NCBI RefSeq assembly: GCF_009914755.1
Contig: NC_060925.1
Length of the DNA stretch: 64,000 nt
Origin: the human T2T-CHM13v2.0 reference genome, Homo sapiens
Direction: 5' to 3' (one strand)
The notes below the pieces were generated by a model. The model was not told the DNA's origin. It was given only the letters and a program-made list of their open reading frames with translations, and did not search any database. The translations under genes were made by a program, and so were the position numbers. Below are positions 46,941 to 60,739 of the stretch, piece after piece. The first letter of the stretch is position 1. Each line of letters opens with the position of its first letter.

Positions 46941-48818
46941 TCCCCAACTCATTCTATAAATACATTGTCCTGCTACTAAAGCTTGACATAGACATTACAA
47001 AAAACCAATTAGAACATGTTTCTCGTAACGTGGACACAAAAGTCTATTACAAAACAGTAGTAAATTGAATTCAGCAATCCCTGAACAAGAGGGGTTTATC
47101 CTAAGAATGCAAGGTTGGAGTAACATTTCAAAAGGAATTAAGGCAATTCACCATTTTAATAGAATAACAAGGAAGAAAAGCCATGTGATTATTTTGGTAG
47201 ATGCAGAAAAAGAATTACCAAAATTTAATACCCATCCACAATTAAAACTCTCAGAAAACTAGGAATAGAAAAGAAATTCCTCATTTGGATAAAGTGCATT
47301 TGTGAAAACCTATTAATATACTTGTCATACTCAATGGTGAAACACTGAACAATTCCCCCTTAAAATCTGGAACAAGGTAAGTATATCCAGTCATACTGCT
47401 TCTATTCAACATTGTATTGCAAGTTCTAACCAATGTAATAAGGAAATAAAAGGCATGAAAACCTAAAAGAAAAAACGTAAAACTTTATTTGTAGAAAACA
47501 TGATTGTTCATATAGAATATACTAAGGAATCCATGAAAAAGCTACTAGAACTAACTTATTAGGTCAAAATACAAGGTTAGTATACGGAAATCAATGTATT
47601 TTCATATGTAAGTAGCAAACTATTGGAGAATGAAATTAAATTCTGTTTATTATATCGTCAAATTACTTGGAAATAAGTTTAACAAAAGAAACATAAATCA
47701 TGTACACCGAAAACTAATAAACATTGTTGAGAAGTTGAAGACTAATAAATGGAGAGGTGTAAGATACTCATGGGTGAGAAGACTCATTATTGATAACATT
47801 ATATGAACATGATAACATTAATGTATGGATTCAATATAGTCCCCATCATAATTCTTGCGGGCTATTCGTAGATACTAACAAATCCATGAATTTGGCCTTA
47901 CAGTGCATGCATAGGAGATCCACCCATATACACTGAAGTGATTTTTGAGAGAGGTGCCAAAGGAATTCAAAAGGGATAAGACAGTATTTTCAGCTCTGGG
48001 CATGGTGGCTCATGCCTGTAACCTCAGCACTTTGGCAGGCTGATATGGAAAGATTACTTAAAGCCAGGAGTTTGAAAAAATATTTTCAACAAATGATGCT
48101 GGAACAACTGAATGCAAGATACAACTGAATACAAAAAAAAAAAAAAAGAATCCCAACCCCAACCCGACACCATGTACAAAAATTATTTCAAGATGTATCA
48201 TAGACCTAAATGAAAAAATTAAAGGTCTAAAACTTCCAGGTGAATTAAAATATATTAATGACCTGGACAGGCAAAGCTTTCTTAGGACACAGAAGCAGTA
48301 ATCAGTTAAAAGAAAACTGATAATGAGACTTCATCAAAATTAGCTTCTATTTAGGAGACCCCATTTAAAATTGAATAGGCAGACCACAGACTGGGAAGAA
48401 ATATTTACAATCATACATCTAACAAAGGACTTATATTCAGAATACATAAAGACGAGTCTATAGCTCCATAATAGAAAGCCAAACAATTCTTTTTGTAAAT
48501 GGCCCAACTTCACAAATGCAGATATGAGTGACTGATAAACATATGATAAACTCACATTTTTGGTGCAAGTATAAAATGGTACAACTACTGTGGAAAATGT
48601 TCTTACAATTTCTTGTAAGTGTGTATTTATCCTTTGACCCAGAATTATACTCCCAGATATTTATTCAAACTCTGTGTCCTCAAAGACTTATATGATAGTA
48701 TTCATAACAGCTTTATACATTATAGCCTCCCAAAACTGGAAATAAGCCTACTATTCATCAATAAGGGAATTAATGAAGAGATTGTGGTACGTTTGTACAA
48801 CAAAATACTATTCCACAT

Positions 48819-49240
48819 ATGTCCAACAATGATAGACTGGATTAAGAAAATGTGGCACATATACACCATGGAATACTATGCAGCCATAAAAAATGATGAG
48901 TTCATGTCCTTTGTAGGGACATGGATGAAATTGGAAATCATCATTCTCAGTAAACCATCGCAAGAACAAAAAACCAAACACCGCATATTCTCACTCATAG
49001 GTGGGAATTGAACAATGAGAACACATGGACACAGGAAGGGGAACATCACACTCTGGGGCCTGTTGTGGGGTGGGGCAGGGGGGAGGGATAGCATTGGGAG
49101 ATATACCTAATGCTAGATGACGAGTTAGTGGGTGCAGCGCACCAGCATGGCACATGTATACATATGTAACTAACCTGCACAATGTGCACATGTACCCTAA
49201 AACTTAAAGTATAATAATAATAATAAAAAGAAAAAAAAGA
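48819..49240 (+). mobile_element. Young 5'-truncated L1 (L1PA2-like) 3' end
   Basis: Near-consensus CPTMIDWIKKMWHIYTMEYY...IGGN* and 3'UTR with GATGACGAGTTAG (GAG, non-Ta), AATAAA and A tail. Confidence 0.92.
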
Positions 49241-49769
49241 AGTAAACAGCTGATACATGAACCAGTGTGGATGAATCTGAAAAATAGTTGCTGTGGAAGT
49301 AAGTCTCATACAGCAGCATACTGTAGAATGTCTTTTATATTAAATAATACAATAGCCAAAGATAATCTATGGTGGAAAAAAAGTTTGTCTCTAGGGGTGA
49401 CTGGGAAAGGGAGAACTTGCTGAGGTAATGGAAGTGTTCTGTATCTTGAGTAGGGGTTTGGGTTACACAGTTCTGCATTTATCAGGGCTAACTGACTGGT
49501 AAACTTAAGTTGTGTGCATTTCACTGCGTGTAAATTTTACCTAAAAGTGAACAGATACTGATTTCTAGTTAATGCTGTACGTGCTGGCCTATTTTGGGGT
49601 AAAGGCTACTGATGTGTACAGGTCACTTTGAAATGTATATAAAAGATAAGATGGGTTGGTAGATGGTTGGATACACAGATGACATAGCAACTCTATAGTG
49701 GTAGAGTTCAGTATCCAATTCTTTCAACTTTTTCTGTGTTTGAAATTTTACATAAGAAAATCTTAGGAA

Positions 49770-50330
49770 AAAAAGGAAAGATAAAGATGATTCAAGAGAA
49801 AATGACAGGTATTAAACAGGCAAAGAAGAGCCAACATGAATAATAAAGCCAAAGAAGGAAACAGAATGAAGCCTGAAAACTAGAATTCAAGTAAACCTTA
49901 CTGAAATGGAAGATTTGAGGCTATGTGTTTTGAAGAGCACACTGCATATCTGACAATATCAACTCAGAATGACCAATATCAAATTTCTGGACTTAAAAGA
50001 AAAAAATTTTTCTGGGCATTTAAAGAAAAACAGCAAGTGACTTATAAAGGAAACAAAAGTTAAATTATTAGACATTTTCACAGCAATGTTTTAAGCTAGA
50101 TGAAAAGGGAGTGACTTATATACTCAAAACATGAGCCAAAGATTCTTTAGCTAGCAAAACTGACTTTCAATTGCAGAGAGCCAGACAAGCTATTACCACC
50201 ATGCAAGAATTCAAGAACTCTTGTTCCCATGAGCCCTTCCTGAGGAATCTACTGGAGAATGAACATCAGAAAACCAAAATCACACTAGAGAGACATTGAT
50301 AAAAGGACTGAAAGTGAATACCATTTATAC
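49770..50330 (+). mobile_element. Ancient HAL1/L1 ORF1-like remnant
   Basis: Degenerate ORF1-type A-rich sequence (CAAGTGACTTATAAAGGAAA). Confidence 0.45.
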
Positions 50331-51307
50331 AACTAAGATCAAATGAGGGTTGGGGGGAGAGAATATAGTGTTTCGTGGCAATGTACTCTGCTAATGTAGA
50401 CAAAGTACAGTTACACAAAATAGTGGAAGAAGAAAGGGTGAACATATGCAAAATTATTTTGTTTTGATTATATTGGTGGTAGTATTCTGAGACCATTGTT
50501 GTATAATTTGATGTAAAGCAAATGAATAATTAGATAATTCAAATTGTGTATACAAGGATATCCTAGTTATATAAATTGAGTTTGGAACATCTTGTCGTAC
50601 CAGACCAGCAAGGAAGCTATTAAAAACTAGGTTCACATTAGAGCTTAGGAATTCACTTGAAGAATTATTTCAGGCTACAATAAGGATAATAATTGCAATA
50701 TTTTGAAGCCTATCAAATATATTTAATTCTGTGAGTTTATACGATACTAAAAAAACTGATGACTCAACATAGAGGATGATGGAACTAGTTCACTTTCTTT
50801 AAAAATGGTAAATAAAGAGAGCCAATCACTTATCTTGGCATTCCTAAATGAATTGATACAGCTGGATAAGCAAAGAGCAGGAGGGAAAGCATACATCTAT
50901 AGAGTGTTCCAACTAAATAATGAAAAGGAATTGACAGAATGCTGCTGTTAAAACCCTCAAAGTAATGGATCTAGGAATTGACTAATAATGGCTCTTAACA
51001 ACACCAAAAAAGAGACAACCAGATATTACGTGCCCCTCTTTAGAACATAGCATAACTTATAGTATTGTCAAAGAGATCAAACATAAATCTGATCAAGCCT
51101 GTGGGGATATTCATTATGCTAATTTGCAGGAAATAAAGTGTTTGTACTGCAAGATTGTCAGACTTTGAGAAAACAAAATCATGTAAACAGGATATATACA
51201 CATATTTTAAGGCATAAATCTAAACTCTAAGAAAAGGATAATTAAAATTTCGTTGAAGGTGGAAGGAAAGTAAGGAGGGTGGGAGTAGAAATATATCAAT
51301 TTATTTA

Positions 51308-51309
<2 letters not shown>

Positions 51310-51343
<34 letters not shown>

Positions 51344-51609
51344 TTTTTTTTTAAGACGGGGTCTTGCTGTTCCCCAAGCTGGAGTGCAGTGGTACAATCA
51401 TAGCTCACTGCAGCCTCAGCCTCCCAAGTAGCTGGGATTACAGGCACATGCTACCATGTCCAGCTAAGTTTTTTTTTTTTTTTAAGTTGTAGAGGCAGAG
51501 TCTCATTATATTGCCCAGGCTGGTCTCTAACTCCTGGCCTCAAGCAGTCCCTCCTGCCTCAGCCTCCCAAAGTGCTGGGATAACAGACATGAGCCACTTT
51601 TCCCAGCCC
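51310..51609 (-). mobile_element. AluJ with internal deletion
   Basis: Reverse Alu with a long T tract. Confidence 0.88.
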
Positions 51610-51920
51610 ATCAGTTTCTTCATTGTTCATAGTTGGGAGCCAATAAAGCAGAAAGCATAACAAAGGAATTAGGATAAAATATATCTGACATATTAGTAAA
51701 TTGACTAACCTTTTAAAAGAAACTGAGTCTCAGGATCAGCTAGCAAAACTCAACTGTGTTTTGTGTACTGAGATAATAATTGAAAAAAGCAAGATGTACC
51801 TAGTATATGTAATCTATTATGTTGAATCATATTTGAGTTTTGATAATTTCTGGAACATTTTAACAAGGAACTGGCAATAATGGTTACTTCCAGGGAAGTG
51901 ATTGCTAGGTGACTGAGGAA

Positions 51921-52647
51921 TTTGTTGTTGTTGTTGTTGTTGTTGTTTTTGCCAATTTAACTGAAGTGTTTATTTTTAAAATAGTTCCTGATTAAACTCA
52001 CATCCTGCCTTTTAATAATCAGATCACTCAGCATCATCACAGTTTACCAAAATACAGATAAATTCTAAAGGAAAATGTCATTTCTGAATAAGAGCTGTCA
52101 AGTCAAAGTGATTGAGAAATCCAGATGAGCACTATTTCTCATCTGCTTGTTTCTCTTGGTGCGGAGGAGAAAGCTGGAAGATGGCAGCTTACATTTTCAT
52201 GACCAATTTAGCAGATAACAACCCAATATAAAACTCAAAAATAAATTCACAACATAAATTGAGGAAACTGAAGCTTATTCACTTTAAAAACCAAAAGGAT
52301 TGAGAATAATGTATTAAAATTCAAATGGGAGACTACCTGAAGAGCCAAGATGAGAATACATATTAGAAGGTCTTCCACTGAAAGCATTAACATTAGTATT
52401 AAAAAGATAATTTGCACGATAGATTAAGAAGGGAAAAATACACTAATTGAGTTTTTCAGTATAAAATGCATGCAAAGAATGAAGATAGAAGTCACTCAAC
52501 AACAAAAAAGTCTCTTTAGATGTAGCAGGTTTTGTTTTTTAGGCTCAGAAATAAGCAAATTTATCATCTTAGGATAATACATACAATAAATGCAACATAT
52601 TTATTGTCTGTCTTAGAATAATACCTACAGTAGATGCAAAATATGAA
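51921..52647 (-). pseudogene. Candidate retroposed mRNA 3'-end fragment or orphan L1 3' transduction (source unidentified)
   Basis: (TTG)n/T tail at 51921-51950, minus-strand AATAAA at 51969-51974, non-repeat-like body, degenerate flanking direct repeat GACTGA..GG..TTT. Confidence 0.5.
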
Positions 52648-52964
52648 GACTGAAGGCAGCTTTGGGAGAACATTTCACTTTTAACCCTTTGGAGTAGTTT
52701 TTTTTCAATGTTTTAAGAATTTATGTGAGATACAGTTAATATAAATGAGTGAAACTAAAACAATGTTGGTGATGCTTTTGACTATGGAATAAATAACATG
52801 ATAGACGGTCCTTTTAAGACATATGAAATGTTTTCTGTTTAAGGAATGTATTTTATGTGTCTATCCCATATATATTGTCTTCTGTCTTCATTTGGTATGA
52901 CTTTTCTTCTTTTCTAAGGCAAGAAAATCAAACTGTATGCTATGGGAAATACACCGATAGATAG

Positions 52965-53298
<334 letters not shown>

Positions 53299-53768
53299 TT
53301 TATTCCAACTTCTAAGGTGAAATAATAAACAAAATTTAAGGAAATATTTTTGAACAATTTCTGTACATGTCGGAAGTGATATCGAATATTATCTTTATTG
53401 GAAAATAGAGAAATACCAATAGTTTTATTACGACTGTTGTAATTTGTGCATTCTCCTCTTGTTTTTTTAAACACTTTTGCTTTATATTCAGACATTGTTA
53501 AAAATGAGAAGTGAAAAGTGCCCACCCTAACTTTTACTTTAGTTTACCACATGCTTTAAAAGGAACTTGACATTGACCCAGAAGTTTTATAGTAAGGGAT
53601 TATTGGTCACTTGGTTTGTTTTATGCTGGTATGGAAGTGAGCCTTTACTCTGTAATACTTGAGTTCATTGACCCTTTAAGATTTAGTTTGGTTGTCCAAG
53701 GACAACTATATATGTTATATATCTGTTATCTAATGCTGTTTCATGTAATTTCTATTTTCTTGTGACAG

Positions 53769-53922
53769 GTAATTTTTAAAGAGCAACTATCACCAAAAAA
53801 ATTAGGCTTCTTAAATGTGACAGAACTTGTTGGAGCTCTTAGTGACATTCTCCATGTTGAGTTCAGGAAAGGACACCAAGACTTACTAGTGTTTGATGCG
53901 GATAAGAAGCCTCTACCACCTG
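53769..53922 (+). CDS. TDRD5: TDRD5 exon 7 (LOTUS 3, C-terminal part)
   Basis: gacag|GTAATT ... CCTG|gtgagt; [28 protein letters not shown]...; 154 nt, phase 0-1. Confidence 0.92.
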
Positions 53923-54089
53923 GTGAGTGGAACCACAGTATGATGCAAACCTCATTTTTATTGTCCTTATGAGGACAAAGAGAAAACATGAAATAATGCC
54001 TAGCCATGAAATGTTTTATAAAATGACCTCCTTTCTGGTGGTATTTGTTGTAATAAGGTTAATCTGTATTGTTAATAAAAATAATCTGA

Positions 54090-54519
<430 letters not shown>

Positions 54520-54918
54520 TTAGAAATATATGGAGATGCAGAATAAATGGGTGTGCGTTGGGACCCAGCACTTGTATTTTTTAAAATAAACTTTTAATTT
54601 TAGGATAATGTTAGTGTTACAGAAAAATCATAAAGGTAGTACAGAGTTCCCAAAAACCTTTCACCCAGTTTCTTCCAATATTAATGCCTTATTTACCATG
54701 ATACATTTATCAAAACTAAGAAATTAACATTAGTACATTGCTAGTAACTAAACTCCAGGCTTTATTCTGATTTTACCAGTTTTTCCAAGAATGTCTTTTT
54801 TCTGTTTGTGTATCCACTCCAGGATAATACCACATTGCATTTAGGGCACTTGATTTTTTTTTTTTTTTTTTTTTTTTTTTGTGGGGTGGGTGGTGGTGAG
54901 GGACCTTCTTTTTCTTTT

Positions 54919-55212
54919 CTTTTTTTTTTTTGAGATAGATTCTTACGCTGTCCCCCAGGCTGGAGTGCAGTGGCGTGATCTTGGCTCACTGCAACCTCCG
55001 CCTCGCGGGTTCATGCCATTCTCCTGCCTCAGCCTCCTGAGTAGCTGGGATTACAGGCACCTGCCACCACGCCCAGCTAATTTTTTGTATTTTTAGTAGA
55101 GATGGGGTTTCACCATGTTACCCAGGATGGTCTCAATCTCCTGACCTCGTGATCCACCCGCCTCAGCCTCCCAAAGTGCTGGGATTACAGGCGTGAGACA
55201 CCACTCCCGGCC
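54919..55212 (-). mobile_element. AluY/Sc within an L1MC fragment (~54580-55355)
   Basis: Reverse dimer; TSD GACCTTCTTTTTCTTTT. Confidence 0.9.
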
Positions 55213-55780
55213 GTGACCTTCTTTTTCTTTTGAAGTTTTTATTAAGATAATTTTAGATTCACATGGAGTTGTAAGAAATAATACACTATGATACCATGTA
55301 CCTTTTACCTAGTTTCTCCAATGGCAACACCTCGCAAAACTAGATTGCAGTATGGTACTTGTATTTTTATAAGCTTGAATGAGTGGTTATGATGGACAGG
55401 TTTTGTTTTTTTTTTTTCAAAATGTAACTACCTTTATTGATTTTTCTGATTATTAAAGTAACTCATGTTCATTCTGAATATATATAAACAGCACAGATGA
55501 GTAGAGAGAGAACATTTTCTATTATTTTATCCACCCCCCCAAAATAATACTGTTAGAATGTTTATATAGCCTCCAAGACTTTTTCCAATGAATATGTAAG
55601 ACATAGATAGATCTTTTTTTTTAATCACAAAAGCTGCACATGCTTGTTTAAACAATTCCAACAATACAGAGGTAACTAGCATTAATAGTTTTAGTGTGTT
55701 TATTTTTGGACCTCTTCTATATGGTATAGCTAATTACCACCTGTATAATTTTTCCTACACAAAACAGTAGTATATAAATA

Positions 55781-56105
55781 CAAATTTTCCTCAACTTATG
55801 ATGGGGTTCTATCCCAATAAACCCATCATAAGTAGACAATACATTTAATATACCTAGCCTACTGAACATCATACCTTGGCCTAGCCTACCTTAGACATGC
55901 TCAGAACACTTACATTAGCCTACAGTTGGGCAAAATCATCTAATACAAAGCCTATTTTATACTAAAGTGTTGAACATCACCTGCAATTTATTGAATACTA
56001 TACTGAAAGTGAAAAACAGTGTTGTATGGGTACTTGAAGTATGGTTTCTAATGAATGTGTATCACTTTCATACCATAAGAAAGTCAAACCACTGTGGACA
56101 TCTGT
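55781..56105. mobile_element. MER47/Tigger5-type DNA transposon
   Basis: CTCAACTTATGATGGGGTT...CATGCTCAGAACACTTACATTAGCCTACAGTTGGGCAAAATCATC. Confidence 0.8.
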
Positions 56106-56350
56106 ATTATGCAAATCCTCATTTCTTACACTTCATATACTATGGGTGTTTTTTCATATTAGTACAAACAAGCTCATTTCATCATTTGAAGTTATATATA
56201 ATTATAATGTACTTAACCAGTCTCCTACTGATGGACATTAGGATTGTTCCCATTTTTTCACCATCACAAAAAAATACAGTGACAAATATTCTTGTACCTA
56301 CATCTTTGTGTACTTATGACTTCATTTTTTAGGAGCCACCATGCTTGTAG

Positions 56351-56657
<307 letters not shown>

Positions 56658-56896
56658 GGAGTCTGTTTTAATGTGCCAACCTCTTGTAGTTATCATACAC
56701 ATGTAAATTTGAACAAAATACATGATTAACTTGAAAATTTCCTAAGAATTAAGGAATCGTATTATGGAATATTAAGTAGTTACATACAGTCTACGTTAAG
56801 CAACAAAGAATATTCCCTGTTTAATTTGAACAAGAAGTAAATTGAAATCAAGATGCTGAAAAAAATTAAGTCTTTAACTAAAGTTTAAGAAACCTT

Positions 56897-57246
<350 letters not shown>

Positions 57247-57463
57247 TTAAGATTTGTTCCCACCTAGAACTTCCCTTATATTTTGCCACACTGAAAGGTC
57301 TGCAAGGACAGGTTTGTATCTCTCATTTATCATTGTCTTTCTAGCACCTGGTGTGTTGAAGGTGCTTAGTAATGGTTGTATAGCTATTTTAACAAATATG
57401 CATAGGCTGCTCTATTGGCCATTTGAGATGGAGTTGTTTCATCAGTCGGAAATTTGTGTTTAG

Positions 57464-57636
57464 TTCAGTCAGATAAGAAAATAGAAGCCAAAGCTTGTGT
57501 CTCCAGTCCACCTAGAAATTCATTGTCTACTGCTGCTGTCAAAGAGACTGTATGGAATTGCCCTTCAAAAAAACAAAAAGAGCCACAACAGAAGATTTGC
57601 AAGAAGCCTAATCTGGTGGTAAAGCCTTTACAGCTG
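57464..57636 (+). CDS. TDRD5: TDRD5 exon 8
   Basis: tttag|TTCAGTCAG ... CAGCTG|gtgagt; [10 protein letters not shown]...KPLQL; 173 nt, phase 1-0. Confidence 0.9.
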
Positions 57637-58429
57637 GTGAGTGAGGTTTAAAGACTGTGCACTGGAGATTCAGCATTATGGAAAGTAAATGAATGTGTGT
57701 TTCTTTAAACCAAAATTCTTTTTAGAAAAGTCTTATTTCTGGATATATCATTTATTAGAAGAAATCATCTTTGTATTGAAGTTATGTCATATAGCATTCT
57801 TTCTGGTTTTCAGTCTTTTATATAACTAGCTTTTCCTCAAGGCTCATTTTAAAGTTTTCAAATGGTTTTGAGAGTTGACAGATCTCTCATGATGTCTTGA
57901 AAACCCACAGGGGCTTTAGAGGGAAAACTTGAGAGGCTTCGTTTTGGCTGTGTGCCTCAACGCTGCTGCAAATTGCCTCTACACTCATCCTCAATTATAG
58001 GGTGCTTTTATTTTTTTTCTTTTCTTGCATCTCCACACACAGTTCACCCTTTTTGTGTTCTTGTCTCCCATTACTTATTTTGTTGTTATTAAGGAATCAT
58101 TGCTTGCTCTTTTTCCCTTCTACCCTTTCTACCTGGCTTCTTTCATGGAAGGAAAAAGTTTTGTTTGGAGAGCTTGCTGTATTTTCTGGAGGAAAATAGA
58201 AGGAAGGCCTAGAGGAAAACAGTATGTTTCAGAATGAGGGTATTTGAGAAATCCTGCTTTTGATTGGAAGACTAGTCTGAAATTTAACCTACTAAAGTTA
58301 CCTTTGACTGCTGATATGAGTAGGATAAGAATCCACCTTGGTTCAGCCTGGATGTTTGAAGTATCATATTTTCAATTTTGTATAGAGCAATTGTGTAACG
58401 CTTTTAAACTCTATACCTAATGTCATAAG

Positions 58430-58620
58430 GTAGTAGTTTTCATATTTTAACATAGGTAAGAATCACCCAGGGAATTTATTTAAATGCATAATTGTGGGCC
58501 CCATTCCCAGGCATTCTGAATCAGTAAGTCTGGGCTAGAGTTCAAGAATCTGTATTTTTATAATTTCCCAAGTGATTCTGATAAAGGTGATTCATGAAAT
58601 GTGCTTTGAGAAACATGCCA
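58430..58620. mobile_element. MER5-type element
   Basis: AGAATCACCCAGGG...ATTCTGAATCAGTAAGTCTGGG...CTTTGAGAAAC. Confidence 0.7.
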
Positions 58621-58673
58621 TGGGGTTTGAAATGTCACCAAGAGATTTTTAATTTTTTTTTTCTAACTTATAG

Positions 58674-58894
58674 CAAGTAGAAACAAACAAATCAGAGCTC
58701 AACTTGGCAATGGCAAATCATGACATCCCGCCAGACGCTGTGCCGAACAAGAAATTATGCAGACTCCCACCATTAGACACCAGTTCCCTCATAGGGGTCT
58801 TTGTGGAGTATATCATCTCTCCTAGTCAATTCTACATCCGGATCTATAGCAGGGATTCGTCAGAGTTACTCGAAGACATGATGATTGAAATGCG
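58674..58894 (+). CDS. TDRD5: TDRD5 exon 9 (start of extended Tudor)
   Basis: tatag|CAAGTA ... ATGCG|gtagga; QVETNKSEL...[17 protein letters not shown]...EM; 221 nt, phase 0-2. Confidence 0.93.
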
Positions 58895-58943
58895 GTAGGA
58901 GTCTGTTGTTTTCAATGTGTTTTTCACATGTCTCTTAAATCAA

Positions 58944-59996
58944 CAGTTCTCAAACATTTCGGTTTCAGGACTCTTAAAAATTAAAGACCCAAGAGAGCTT
59001 TTTTTTATCAGTATTTATTGTATAGAAATTAAAACTGTAAAATTTTAATATTAAAATAATTCTCGTGTTAATATAAGTAACATTTTTATGAAAATAACTT
59101 TTTGTTTAAAAATTTAGAAGGGTGGCATTGTTTTATCCTTTTGTAGATCTCTTTAATATCTGGCTTAATAGAAGAAAGTTGATTTTTCATATTTGCTTCT
59201 GCATTTAATCTGTTGAGATATGTTGTTTTGGTTGAAGTATCTGAAGACATCTGGCCTCATACCAATGTGTAGTCTGGGAAAAAGTATTTTAACAGCTTTT
59301 TCAGAAAATTGTGAATATTCTTTTTTGATAGTATGCTAAAACTTGAGAAATGGTAGTTTCTCAAATGTTATTTGGAATTTGAACTTTTTATAGTCTATTA
59401 TGTTAAAATCCACTGGTCTGCCTCTACAATTTGAATGGATCTAAGACTGGCAGTGTAATTGCTGGCCCTGGTGCAAAATTAAAATGCAGTGCTCCCTGTT
59501 TAAAAATTACTAATTTCAAGATGGCAATAGCAGAATATTAAAGCAAGCACAAAGCTGCTTCTAAGCATGGATTCAAACTATCCCTGAATGGATCATACAA
59601 CTTTATAACATCATGTGTTGGTCATTTGGAAAATAACTAGTTTGCTGAATTATGCAGATCTTCCAAATGTTGACACATTTCATTATGCAGTATAAAAATA
59701 TCACATTAATATCATCACTGATCTCAGAAAAGTATTTAGTATTGGGAAGCTGTCAAGCTCACAGTGGTGAATGCAACATTTCCAAAATCCTTTTACTCGA
59801 AAGTTTGATTTTTGTCATTGACAACATGTACTGTGAGTTGTTTTCCTTGAAGTGACAAGCTTGCTTCATTTTTGAAAAATGTCAAATACCCAAGTCAGCT
59901 TGCTAGTGGTTCTTTCAAGCAAAACTGATATGAAAGAAATGGCTAGTTCGTCTTCCAGGTAAAAATCATGTTTGTGGACTATACTTTGAGAACTAC
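58944..59996. mobile_element. Charlie1-type hAT transposon with a nested MER91-like element (59442-59586)
   Basis: GTTCTCAAAC ... TACTTTGAGAACTACT ends; inner element flanked by the 8-bp TSD AATGGATC (59434, 59587). Confidence 0.75.
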
Positions 59997-60470
59997 TAAC
60001 TTATATTATCTCTTTTCTCTACTAAAAATTGTCCTTTGTTAGCAAACACCATGTAAAATATGGACATTTTCAACCACTTTAGATTTATTCATGAACAACA
60101 ATGTCTGATTTATAAATTGTTGTCATAGAAGAATAATTTATTTCATTTTATTTTGTATCTCAAAAAACATTCCATGTTTTTAATTTGACAATAGTATGTA
60201 TGCTTCTACTCCAGGACACCTGGCATAATGTAAGTCACATAATCACTTGGTAAAAATATATATTCCATTCCAGTATGCCCATGGGACATTTGTACGTGTT
60301 TTAAAAGCACACTCACTGGCTCTCTGACCTTGAAGTTACTTTACTTCTCTGGGCCTAGTTGTATTATCTCCAAAATGAGATAATGATAGTACCTACTTCA
60401 CAGAGTTCTAAAAATTAAAGTACTTGGAGCATAGCCCAAATGTTAGCTGCTATTATTATTAATACTATAG

Positions 60471-60739
60471 ACTGGGTACAGTGTGGTTCATGCCTGTAAA
60501 CTTAGCACTTTGGGAAGCCAAGGTGGGAGGATCGCTTGAGCCCAGAAGTTCAAGATTCATCTGGGCAACATAGTGAGACCCTGTATCTACAAAAGAATTA
60601 AAAATTAGCTGGGCATGATGGTGCATGCCTGTAGTCCCAGCTCCCGAGGAGGTTGAAGCTGCAGTGAGTCATGATTGTGCTACTGCACTCCAGCCTGGGC
60701 AACAGAGTAAGGCCCTGTCTGGGGGAAAAAAAAAAAAAA
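60471..60739 (+). mobile_element. AluJ, preceded by a MIR at ~60315-60460
   Basis: Diverged dimer with a right-arm deletion and poly(A). Confidence 0.88.

Larger units (their letters stand above)
45150..49760 (+). mobile_element. Old L1M LINE-1, sense orientation, with nested Alu, FLAM and young L1
   Basis: A-rich ORF1-like and ORF2 remnants (GFILRMQGWSNISK...ILVDAEK) followed by an L1M 3' end. Confidence 0.75.
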
